From Chrysomallon squamiferum (Eukaryota > Animalia > Mollusca), in NCBI GenBank assembly GCA_012295275.1, contig CM022673.1, forward strand, positions 11,284,001 to 11,348,000: a stretch of 64,000 nt of DNA. Reading direction: 5' to 3'. The position numbers and the translations under genes were made by a program. This document shows, one piece after another, positions 1-12,500 of the stretch. Positions within the stretch are counted from its first letter, which is position 1. Each line of letters begins with the position of its first letter. The notes below the pieces were generated by a model. The model had not been told where the DNA came from and did not search any database. It saw only the letters and a program-made list of their open reading frames with translations.

Positions 1-882
1 AATATAATATTAGGTTTTCTTGTATAGTAGAATGTTAGAGTAGGTTTCCTGATCTTGAATGATATAATAATAGGTTTTCATGCTTATTAGAATAGGTTAC
101 TTAACCTTGAATAATATTTCAGTATAATAATAAAGTAGTTTTCTATGTATTATATATTACAATACAATATTAACAATAAGTTTCTGCTTGTACTCGCCAT
201 GATTTTCTGAATGCTGGGGTAGCCCGTTGTAGATCAATAATTGCCAACATCAACACTGGAAGTCACATCACTAATGTGCAGCAATTTTAAAAGTAAGACA
301 GATCACCGTCATTCAGCACTGAAGGTGTTAATATATGTTTTGTTATATATAAAAAGACTTGGGTAGTTTCAATTGTTTATATTTTACTTTCAATTGTTTA
401 TATTTTACTGACATTAGAGTAGGTTTCCTTGTAATATAACAATCATAGAGCAGGTTCCTTTGGATATTATGGAAAACATTTAAAAAAAAATTATTTTTGT
501 TTTTATTTTTATTATTGTTTTTAATATACAATATATAATTAGATATGATTTCAAAATATATTATTATGGTAATTTTGTTTTCTTGATAAACAAAGCACCA
601 CAGAGCAGTTTTTATTAGCCTGTGATATTTAGTTACAATATATATATATATATATTATTAAAATACCTTGGACCTGTTAAAATTTAAGCAGTTTAAAATA
701 CTGACCACACAGGTGTAGGTAAATAGCAATTATCCATTATACTGTTTTCTGTTGATGGTGAATTTTTAAAATAAGGATATCTTTCTTTTGAGTTATTTTA
801 TTTGTAAACTTTGTAAATTTTCCAGTATTAGTTTATAATAAGGTTTAAAACGTAGATAAAATCCTGAAGGTTTTGTTTCTAG

Positions 883-946
883 CTATATTCGTCCTTTAGG
901 CAGTTTTGTGCAAACTGAACTAAGAAATGACAGTATATTATTTGAG
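883..946 (+). CDS. Candidate small KIF27 linker exon (YIRPLGSFVQTELRNDSILFE)
   Basis: Acceptor ttttgtttctAG and strong donor GAG|GTATGA. Open frame exits in phase 0, compatible with the 1419 and 2871 exons. No homology support. Confidence 0.35.
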
Positions 947-1418
947 GTATGACTTTGTTTTTGTTAAGGATACAGTTCTTATTTTTATTTTATTATTAAT
1001 TATTTTTATATATTTATTTATTTTAAATATGGAAGATTGTTATTTGATTTTTTACAGTTTTTGTTTTTTAAACTTATTTTTAAAAATACTTTTGTTTTTT
1101 AAAATTTAATTTTTTATAACTTTATTGGATTATTTCTTTTGAGTGTTTTTGTGTTTAATTGTATGTGTGTGTGTGTGTGTATGTGTGTGTGTGTGCAAAA
1201 TATGTTTACCCACATAATCCAATAACTCACATTAAATATTCATCTAACTTTTTTCTGTGAAGTTTCTGCCCAACCTCCAGCTCTTTGCTTTTATAGTAAT
1301 TTTTATTATTGTTTTTTTTTTGTTCTTATTACCAATCCAGTTTCCTTGCATGCTTTGTTCAAGTAGCATTTGTTATCTAATCCTATTTGTATTTTTCCAT
1401 CCATCATTTCATTTTCAG

Positions 1419-1478
1419 CCTAAAATAGTTGTTACTAATTCTCAAGTTCAACCTGAAGAGACTAACATTTTGCGCGTG
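1419..1478 (+). CDS. Candidate 60-nt symmetric KIF27 exon (PKIVVTNSQVQPEETNILRV)
   Basis: Good polypyrimidine acceptor catttcattttcAG, donor GTAACC, phase 0-0, in frame with exon 2871. No homology support. Confidence 0.5.
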
Positions 1479-2870
1479 GTAACCAATATTTGTCTATCAC
1501 TGCACATTGCTTTATGTGTTCATTATAAACCACTATACCACAGGATTATTTAAAAGACATTTTCAGCTTATTTTTTTAAAATTTGGTTTGTTTGGTTTTC
1601 AACTCAGCATTGGTAGTTATCAAATTAAAATCAAACAATTACCAGAAGAAAGATAGTTCAGATAATTAATACCGATACTGAGAATGTCATACAGCAAGTA
1701 CTAATGGATTTACTCCAAAATCACTGACTGTCAGTATCAGTGATACATCTAGGTTATGTTTTAAAACAAACAGAAACTCATGTCATTAACTGATGTAACT
1801 TCATTAGTTATTAGCATGTCTTTTTCTTCCTTTTTTTTTTTCTTTCCTTGATATTTATTAATGCTGTTATATTTTTGATATAATTTATAGTCAGTTTGTA
1901 AGAAATTATGATTATAGTATATCCATACAGTGAAGATTTCTTATTAGTAAGAATCTAGTTAAAACAAATAAAGATGTAAAATTTAAAATGTAGACATTCA
2001 CCCTGAATATTATCACCATAATTTCTTACACATTTGATTCTTTTTATTTTTAGGGGAACAAATTTTTCATTCACTTGTCACATAAATAGTTTGAGTCATT
2101 GTAACTTTCTTCATTTTTATTATATATATTTTTAAATTCTGTTTCACATTTATTTTATCATTTCATTACTTTTTTCTTTTTTTTTTTTAAATCCAACTTT
2201 CAAATAATTTTATTTTCTAAAATTAATACATACGCATTAGTTTTCTGCAAAACATTATTGTTAGAAAATATTTCAATCTTTATCACAGTCACTAATTGCT
2301 TTTAAAAGAACAAAATTTATTATTATCAATTTACTTTAATATAGATTAGTATACACTATACACTATATATACTACTGTGTGTGTGTGTGTGTCTGTGTGT
2401 GTATGTGATATTCATTTATTTCACCACACTTGCACATAAATTTACATTTCACTTTGTTAAAAATAATCTGATGAATAATGACATTTTATTAGTATTAAGA
2501 CATAGTATTGCTGTTGAGGAATGTTTACAACCAAAAGTTATCATTTTTCTGGCACTTCTATATAAGAAATAAAAACATAAAAGAAATGAGTAAAAACTGG
2601 CAGCAAGTTTTAAAACATTGTTTCTTAAATTTTGTTATAAACAAAGTTTATTTATTTAATCACTTAACTATTTGGTAACTATTAATAATTTTCATATATA
2701 TTTATTTTCTTTATTACTTGTATACCTGTTTATTTATTTAATTATTTATTTATTTACTTATTTACTTATTTACATGTGTACCTGGTTATTTATTTACATA
2801 ATTACATGTGTATCTGTCTATTTATTTATTTATGTAGCTATTAATTAATTAATTTATTTATTTATTTCAG

Positions 2871-2984
2871 AATAACCTGGTAGGTGAAAGTGTCTTAGAA
2901 AGCAATGCAATAACATCCAGTGCACCAACAACAGGAAGACGACCCAAGTCTGTTCCAGTTCATCTCCATAGAAACCGTGATAGG
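2871..2984 (+). CDS. KIF27: KIF27 exon ([10 protein letters not shown]...[17 protein letters not shown])
   Basis: tttcAG / GTGAGG, 114 nt, phase 0-0. RRPKSVP aligns with the RRPxTAP-type motif of KIF27. Confidence 0.85.
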
Positions 2985-4190
2985 GTGAGGTTTAATATAC
3001 TGGATAAATATTAATTTTACTTATTATCTCATATATTTACTATATTTGATATGTAATCATTTAACAGATCTATTATGGTTACCATTTTATTGAATTTCAT
3101 CAAGTTGTTTAATATTTTCAAAATAAATTCTTTTTCTGTTTCAAAATTCATACATATGCATGTATCTCTATGTAAACACATAAACATAAACAAACACACT
3201 AACACACACTTATTCAAACACACATATATACACTTTTCCATATATTTCAACACACAATCTATACATCAAAACACAATGTAAACACATAAAACACCTTATT
3301 CACACATTAAACACATAAAAAAACCCATATCAAAATGCATAATCTACACAGCAAAACACTTGATGTACACATCAAAACACTCTTACCTACCTAGTAACTA
3401 CATTACCAACTACACAAAGTATTTTACTAACTGCTTATAAACAATATTTTTATTTATAAAATAACAGTTTGGCTCTCACCTTCGACCTCCATCTCGTCAC
3501 ATCAAGAGCAGTCCGGCTTTGTTCTCCTTGGAGAGAGTCATGCAGAGTTTCCGGGCTCGAAGCCAGCTGCTGGTCAGCAGGTTGGAGGACAGCGACGAAG
3601 TTCTCCACCAAACATTTAGTGAGGAAAACCTGTCTGCAAGTCTTCAGGATCTGAGGTATTTTAGTTTGTTATCACTGTTTATCACTGTTCCAGAAAGTGT
3701 TCCATGACTGTTGTTTAAGTTGCTGTTATTATTCCAGTGAGTCTTTGATGAATTGCGTGTAATAGAATTTGATGTCTTGTTTCCTGTCTAGGTGATTTAA
3801 ATATATACTATACAGAAGGAGAAAATTATTTTGCTAACTGTTTTGCTTACTAAGTGTTCAAGTATATTTTATCCAGTTTGATGACACAGTTGATGATTTT
3901 GAATTGTTTTTACAGTGAGGAATCTCCGCTTGTCCGTCGAGGCACGTATAGAGTGAAGAGACAGCCTGTCAGTGATGACAACAAAGAAAACCGGTTGTCC
4001 ATCGATTCCATGCCTGATGTCAGAAGGAGCATTCCAGGTTAGAGTGTTTATGTACTAAGTCAATTTATGTCTTTATTTTTATTATTAACACTGATGTTGT
4101 TAGACGATCCAGTGTTCATTCAAGCATAAATATCCTGCAAAGTATTCCATAGATATTATTTTTATTTTTATTTTTATTTATTATTATTTC

Positions 4191-4259
<69 letters not shown>

Positions 4260-7200
4260 GACAGTGACCAGCATTCGTTCGAGTACAAGAATTTTGGAAA
4301 GTATAGACTGTACAGAGAGGCAGTCTCAGGAGAGTCGACTGATCAACATTGAAACACGTAACAGCACCGAGCTACACAAGAAGAAGATAAAACAGGCCCA
4401 GTTCAGAGTGCTGGAGTCCAATCAGAAAATGAGAGACTTGGCTATTAACATCAGGTGAGATACATGACAGGGTACATGATAATAACAATTGTTAGATACT
4501 GCTTTCAGTTTCAGGACTAACCTTCCTTTGATTATTTACCATTTTGGGATACGTTATTCTTGTATATGTGTATACAGGTTTATTAATAAAGATTTGTTGC
4601 ATTTGTCACTCTACAAAAAAAAAAAAAAAAAAAAATGAAAAAATAAAATACAGTATTTCGTAACTGCTGAAAACATAATAGCTAAAATATGTTGTGAATT
4701 TTTCAAAGATAGGTACAAAAATAAAAATCTCTTGATAATTATGTAAAATATATTAAGCCTGTTTATATACAGGGGTACATTTCAAAACTTTTAAAATAAA
4801 ATTATTCTTCTTATTTTTTTTATGTTACATGATTTTAGAATGAACAGATATTTGGGTAAAGGTTTTAACACTTAATTTTTAAATTTTATTTTTTATTTTA
4901 CATGATTTCAGAATGATCAGAGGTTTGGTTAAAAGTTTTAACACTTAATTTTTAAATTTTATTTTTTATTTTACAAAATTTCAGAATGAAAGAACAGCTG
5001 ATCAGAGAGCTGGTGAAGAGTGGTAAGGATGCTACAACAATGAACAAACAGTACGCTGAGAAAGTGAAAGCTTTGGAAAGGGTGAGATGATACCTGATTT
5101 ATCAAACATACGTTTCATATTCATGTTTGAGTTGGAAGTCTTAAAAACTGATTAATTCAAATTTAAAAAGCTGTATTAAATGTATTGCTGATTAATTTTT
5201 CATATTAGATACTTCATAAGTTCTACAAATTTAAGAAACAGTAAGAAAAGCATTGCTGAAAACTGAGAACATATCAGTATGGAAAATTTGTTTGACACCT
5301 TAACTTTGAAATATTTGTTTGATTTATATGTGAAAATTAATGACTTGTACATTTTTGAAAATCAGGAATAATGTTTTGAATTTGACAAAGTAAAATTTAT
5401 TAAATTTACTGTAACAAAACATATCAAAAAGAAAGTATAATGATTTTTAAATTTTATAATACAGTCTTTTGATGTGTATTTGTAAATCAATAAAACATAT
5501 ATTCATATCAGTTAAAAGAAAATGATAAATGCATCAAATTCTTGGGAAGAAAATATTTGTGTTTTTTTCAGGATTTGCTCTTCTTATATTTTTTCATCAG
5601 TATGGAAAAGTTTTTTTTTACTTTTTTTCTTTTTAATAAATACTTAGATTTATGTCTAAATGAAAACAGATATAGATGTCATGGAATTAGTTTCAAATCT
5701 TTAATTTAAAAAAAGAATATTTGTATTATATTTTTTATTGCTTCACAGGAAGCTGAGCATGTTAAAACAGATCTGATAGAAACACAAAAAGCTCTGCAGG
5801 AACTAGAAGCCAGAGAAATACAAGAAACAGCAGAGAAACAAAAATTACAGCAGTGAGTTGTTTTAACAGTTCTACTAGTTCATTTTATTGTCTAACAGAG
5901 CACTGAATGTCTATTACTATAGCTTTACATCAATCCATATTTGTTCTGATCCAGATACTAATCTGTTGTAAAGAAAATTCAAGTTTAAATAATGTCAGAT
6001 TCAAAATACATGAAGGAATGAATAAATGAATTAAGAATCAAGCAATAAATAAATGAATATATGTAAAGATACGTGTTCATATTATATTTTGATCCGTCGT
6101 TGTTTTCATCTCTTATATTTTTAATATTTGGAAAAAAAGAAGAAGATTTTGTTGGTTTATTATTTATTTATTTATTTGTTTTATTTATTTATCTTATGCT
6201 TTCAGAGATTATCGCAAGAAAATAGAAGCTGCCAAAAGTAAGATGTCAGCTTTACAAAGAAAGCAGAAAGAGACTGAGAGAGTGGCTAACTTTGCTATAC
6301 AGAATGAGAAAAAGTAAGAGTTTGGACATGTTACAGAGCTTCAGAAAACTTAAATGTGTAATTGATGTATCAAATATATTTGTATATATTCAATGAAATA
6401 TATGTTATTTTGTCTTATGATAAAAGTGGTTTCCAAAACCCTTTTTCAGTCATCATTGATTGTGTTTATGAAACTGATAGCAAATACCCCTAGTTGAAAT
6501 ACAGAATACTGTTTTAACACTTCCAGTTGTTTTTTATTTTATAATAGTGAAAGATTTTACATTGTTTTCATTAATTCATGTTTATATTCTTATCTTAATT
6601 TATGTTGTTTTTTTTTATTTTCATTTTTTAAATTAATTTTATTATTTTGATTTCTTATTATTTTTTGTTTTATTTATTTATTTGTTTATTTATTTATTTA
6701 TTGTCATTCCATTTATTTTTGTTTATTTATTTATTTATTGTCATTCCATTTATTTTTGTTTATTTTTTTTTCAGTTTGCATCTTTCAAAAATATCTTCTC
6801 ATCATTTCCATACTCCATAACAGCTCTTATGTATACAGAAACTGTGTATGTGTGTTTATGTGTGTGTCTGTATATGTGTAGTTGTGTTTGTATATACTAG
6901 AGTGTGTGTGTGTGCAAAATGATCACTGTACTGTTTTTTCAGAATACAAGATCTGGAACTTGCAGTGGATAGAATGAAACAACACTATGAAAACCTTCAG
7001 AAGAAATTTAAAGAAGAAACAGAACAAAAATCAAAGTTAGAGGTTAGACTTGTACAGATTTTTTTTTTTTTTTTCAAAATTGTGTTTGTAACAAAATTAA
7101 CATTTTACGTCTATATGTTGAAGAATTTCTAAAGTTGAGGTTTAAATTTATAATTTAATATAAAAAAAAAAACAAGTAACAAAGTAACATTATGGTTATT

Positions 7201-9546
7201 TTTAGTTTTATGTTTGCATGTGAGTATATATATGTTTGTGTATGTGTGTGTGTGTGTGTTTGTGTGTCTCCACCCTGATAGATGTATTGGTGTGTGTGTG
7301 TGTGTGTGTGTGTGAGTGAGAGAGAAAGATAGAATCACACAGGCAGGCAGAGAGAGAATCCTGAAAGTAGAGAAAAATGAATAAATTAATTTGTGTATTT
7401 CATGATATACAAATACATTAATTACAGCGAGAAATGCAGAAAGAGATTCAGAGGGTGAAAGAACTCGAACTGAAAAATGAACAACAGCAGAAAATTCTCA
7501 AACGCAAGAATGAAGAAATAGCAGCAGCACACAGAAGACTGAGATCAGGATCACTTCCTCCCATCAACATGTACGTTTTTATAACACTTAACAGATTTAT
7601 TATAGTTTAGTATGTTTAAATCACAGTTCAAATATTACCATCAAGATCCTTAGTAAATGTTTTTAAAATACCACAGTTTAAAGTTTGGTATGTTTAAGTC
7701 ACAGTTCAAATATTACCATCAAGATCCTTGCCACCCATAAATATGTAAGTTTTATAAATACCTGACATTAACAGATTTATTACAGTTTGGTATGTTTAAG
7801 TCACAGTTCAAATATTACCATCAAGATCCTTGCCACCCATAAATATGTAAGTTTTATAAATACCTGACATTAACAGATTTATTACAGTTTAGTATGTTTA
7901 CATCACAGTACAGATATTACCATTACGATTCCTGCCATCCCCTATTGAATAATTTATCATACATTATAGCTGAATGAGATTAGATCAGGTTATCAGTGTC
8001 ACCCAGTAATATACAAGATTTTACTGTAATACTCAGGATAATATATATTCATTCAGTAAAGTGTTATGGCTTGAATATTTATTATAATATCCCCAGATTA
8101 TTTTTTATATGCTGTTATTTATTTATTTATTTATTATATTACTTTTATTTATATATATATTATTTTAATCTGTTCTGTTCTATTCTATTCTATTCTTAAA
8201 TATTTATTATAATAACCCCAGATTATTTTTTATATGCTGTTATTTATTTATTTATTTATTACATTACTTTTATTTATATATATATATTATTTTATTCTGT
8301 TCTGTCCTTTTCTGTTCTGTTCTGTTCTGTTCTGTTCTGTTTATTTATTTATTTATTTGATACAGGCAAGACTATGATAAACTGGAGGAACAGAAAAGAT
8401 GGGTGGATGAAGAAATTGAGAAAGTTCTCAAACTGAGGAAACAGACCGAAGAACTCCGAGAAGTTAGTAATAGTTATTTTTTAACTTTGTTTTCACTTTG
8501 TTTTCACTTTCTAGGTTTACTTTATCAATATAATTGTGTTTTTTTGTGGGTTTTTTAGATTCTGGAACTCTAAGGCATTGCACTTGCCTCAGATTCTAAG
8601 TTATCATGATCAGTGCTCAGTAGTTCATGAATGGGTAATTTTTCTGTTCCAGCTAATGCTCCATTGTTAGCTATCAAAGACCATGCTTAATGTGTATTGC
8701 AGCTAATGAGAAATCTCTTTATGCTGACTGATAAAGCATGGATTTGCAGAGGCATTTCCTCGTTCAGAATCATCATAAAAACCCATATAATAACTGATAA
8801 AAGAGAATTCATTTTTATTTATTATTTTACATGAATTACACTGTAATACTTTACATACCTACATTATTCAAGACACTGATATGTGATTTAGTGTTACTGT
8901 GTTGTGTAGGAATTGACAAGAAGGGAAGCTATTGTTGCTAAGAAGGAAGCCATGTTGGCAGAGAAGAGTGAACTTGAGATCAAGAAACTGCGATCAAGTC
9001 AGATGATGAGTCAAGTAAGTCTCAGTGTTTTAACTTTGTCTATGCTTTTATGTGAATAATTTACATGGAATTTGTGTTTTAGTATCTTGGATATTCTCTT
9101 GTAAGATAAAGAGAACAATAATGAAAAGAAAAGACAATTTTATCATCAGTTATGTGAAATTATCTAAAGTAGTTTGTTCACAAGATACAGATTAACATAT
9201 ATTTACATTCAAAATTCAAACCTTAATCAAGTAATGGAAAATTAATTTTAAATTTAGATGTGTAGAGAGAGAATAGATACACCAGAAATAGGAGTAATCA
9301 TTATCTTTAATTATTTTGTTTTTTAATGCTATTTATAAAAGTTGATAATGATGCTATTTATATAATATACAGATAATAATAATAATAAAGAAAACAAGAA
9401 AGCATAACTGGAAATATTATTATTTAAACGTATCATTAATATATTTTTTTTTTCAGTTTGAAATCCTAGCTTTTTAATTTTTCAAAATATGAGTTATTTT
9501 CAGTCTTTATTTTTTAGCTGCATTTTTTATTATTATTATTGTTATT

Positions 9547-9590
<44 letters not shown>

Positions 9591-12500
9591 TTATTATTTT
9601 CTTCTCCTTTTTCAGTAATGTTTTTATTATTCTTTTTGTTTTATTGAAAACATATATTTTTCCCATTGTTTTGTTCTTTGTTCCGCAGGATCTGGTAAGA
9701 CTGTCAGCTAGGCTGGACTCAGTGGACAGGAAGATAGAGGAGAAGAAGAAAGAGCTGGTGGAATCTCCAGAGGATCAGAGAAGACAGCTCAAAGAAGACC
9801 TCACTCGACTCAAACATTCCCGAGAAAAACTTAGAAAACAGAGATCAGCAGTTGATGAGAAAATACAAGAGGGACAAGTTCTGTCCTCAGATGAGGAAAG
9901 AAGGTTAGTGTAAAATTTTAAAAAAATATATAATTTTTATATTTTGTTTCAGTTAAACAGATTCTTTAAAAAAATGAAAAGAGAAAAAAAGTATTTTGTT
10001 ATTGTTGTGTAAAGGTTTAATGAAACAGTTAATTTTATTAAAAAAATTTTGTTTTATATTTTTGGTAATAATAATGTTAATAATAATAACAGCAGCAACA
10101 ACAACAACAACAAAAACCAAAATAATAATAATAATAAACTAGTTGATGAAAAATAAACAGATGTTGACTTTGTTATTTTTATCATGATTTAGATAATTTT
10201 TATTTAAAATTATTATGAACTGTTTTAATCCATAAAATCAATATCATAAACAACATTAAAATAAAAAAATATAATATTATAAAATAAAATAAAATAAAAT
10301 AAAATAATGAAAAGAAATAATAATAATAAGAAGAAAATTAAATAAATTAACTTCTAATCTTTGCTGTTTATATTATTTTAGACTGATAGAACTAGACGAG
10401 GCTATAGAAGCACTGGATGCTGCTATAGATTTTAAAAATGAAAACATTGCCAGCAAACAGATGGATTTACGCAAATCACAGATACTTGCACAGGTCAGTT
10501 CAGAGCTGTTAGATTTATCATTTACTTGTATAAATATAAATCAGTTCTTTGAGTATTTTGTTGAATTACTGTATAAAAATGTAATTGATAGTGAATTTTT
10601 GATAATAGTTGTGTTGATCACTATGTAGTGTATTAATTTATGTGTATAATTTTTTATATTGATGTTGACTAGCATTAAGTTTGACCTTTATCATATTTTG
10701 AAATCCAACATGTCTGTGGTTTTTTTTTGTGCTGGGATGTCCTTAAACATTCATTCATACATTAATTATTTATATGGCTGTGTGTGTCAGTATTCTGTTG
10801 GGTTTAACTAGCATGTGTGTACGTGTTTATGAATGCCAGTACTAACTATGATAAACAAATATTTATCATATTAATTCTCAATTGTGTTAGTTTCTTATTG
10901 TCATTGTTCTCTAATTTATGTCACTGTTTGATTGACTTGTAGAGTGAGGATAACTTGATGAATCGACTAAACTCACTGTCCCTGACTGAGACGAAGGTTT
11001 TACTGTCAAAGTATTTCGACAAAGTCATCAACCTCCGAGAAGAAGAAAGAAGAATCAACCTTCAGTGTAGTGAAATGGAGGTACACTTTTATTTTCATTT
11101 TTTTATTATTGTTGTTATTTTTATTTATTTATTTATTTATTTATTATTTTTAACATTATAATTAATTACCATCATTATTGTTATTGTTATTATTGTTGTT
11201 GTTGTTGTCATTATCATTGTCATTTTTATTGCTGCTGTTGTTAGTTTTTAAATTATGATTAATACTACCACAACAGAAATATTGTTAGATGAATAAGATT
11301 AGTATAATAGTAGTAGTAGTAGCATTCATTATGAAAGCAGCATCAGTATTTATTAATACTAGAGTGGCAGTGGAAAAAAGTATAGAAATAGTAGCAATAA
11401 TAAAGGTGGCAGTCAAAGCAACAACAGCAGCAGTAGCTTTTTTTTTACTATATTATTAATATAACATTATGGCATTGTGTTTTGTTTTCTGCTAGTAGTA
11501 TATGTATTTTAATTAACTGATATTGTTATTTCTAGATGAAGGTTGATGAACAGGAGCGAGTCATTCGAGAACTTGAATCAGCTCTTCAGAGATCGGTGAT
11601 GGAGACTGATCGCAAACTGATGGCTCAGCAAAAAGAATATGAACAGAAAATGCAGATTCTGATGCATCAGTTGGCTGAGGGCAGTCCAGAGAATGGCGGT
11701 GCTGATCCGGCTCTTAACTCTAAGTAATAATAACATCATGTTTTTCCTGTTCTGAACCTCAATATATTTATGTATATTAATATATACTTATTTATGTTTT
11801 GTTCTGTTCTAATCTGTAATATTTCATTCCGTTTTGAGATTATAAAAAGAAAATGTCTTATTATTCAGTGTGGTCTAAACTATCATAATACTGTAATAAC
11901 AAACTGATCACGGGGATATAATTAATTTATTCTCTTTATATTTTGCCTTTAATCTAATTTTATTCTATTCTTGGGTAGATTTATTATGGTCACCATACTT
12001 TACACCCCTTTGTGGATTGAGTCAGTTTTTATCAATTTATTAAACTAATTTCACAATTTCTGCATGATACTGTGAATCTTCCTTTTCATTTTCATCAGTA
12101 ATGACTACAAAATATTTAAAAAAAACTAATAATAAAAAATATTTAAATAAATAAATAAATAAATGTGTATCTTGATTCTGCTGTTAGAGTATCAGTGTTG
12201 TAGACATTGTTGTAAATGTTCTTTTCAGACTTCATCAGCTTGAGAAAGAACTGTACTATTACAAAAAGACCAGCAGAGATCTGAAGAAGAAACTCAGAGA
12301 GTTAATTTCAGCAGGTGTTCTCAGTTCACAAGGTAATAAATAAACAGATAGATAAACACACAGACTTACAGCCAGACAAGTACTGCCACTATGTCTATCA
12401 CTACCATTATAAAGATCTTTCTTTAGCTGTTGCTTCTATAACAATACAAATTATATTACTGTTACTGCATCAACTACTACAAGTACTACTATAACAACAT

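Noticed and set aside
190-331. piggyBac-like terminus (cagcactgaaggtg-TTAA)
   Set aside because: Only one imperfect end, no partner terminal repeat and no transposase; too weak to call.
1608-1752. Possible extra kinesin exon
   Set aside because: Stops in all three frames from the best acceptor; only short sub-fragments with weak splice sites would fit.
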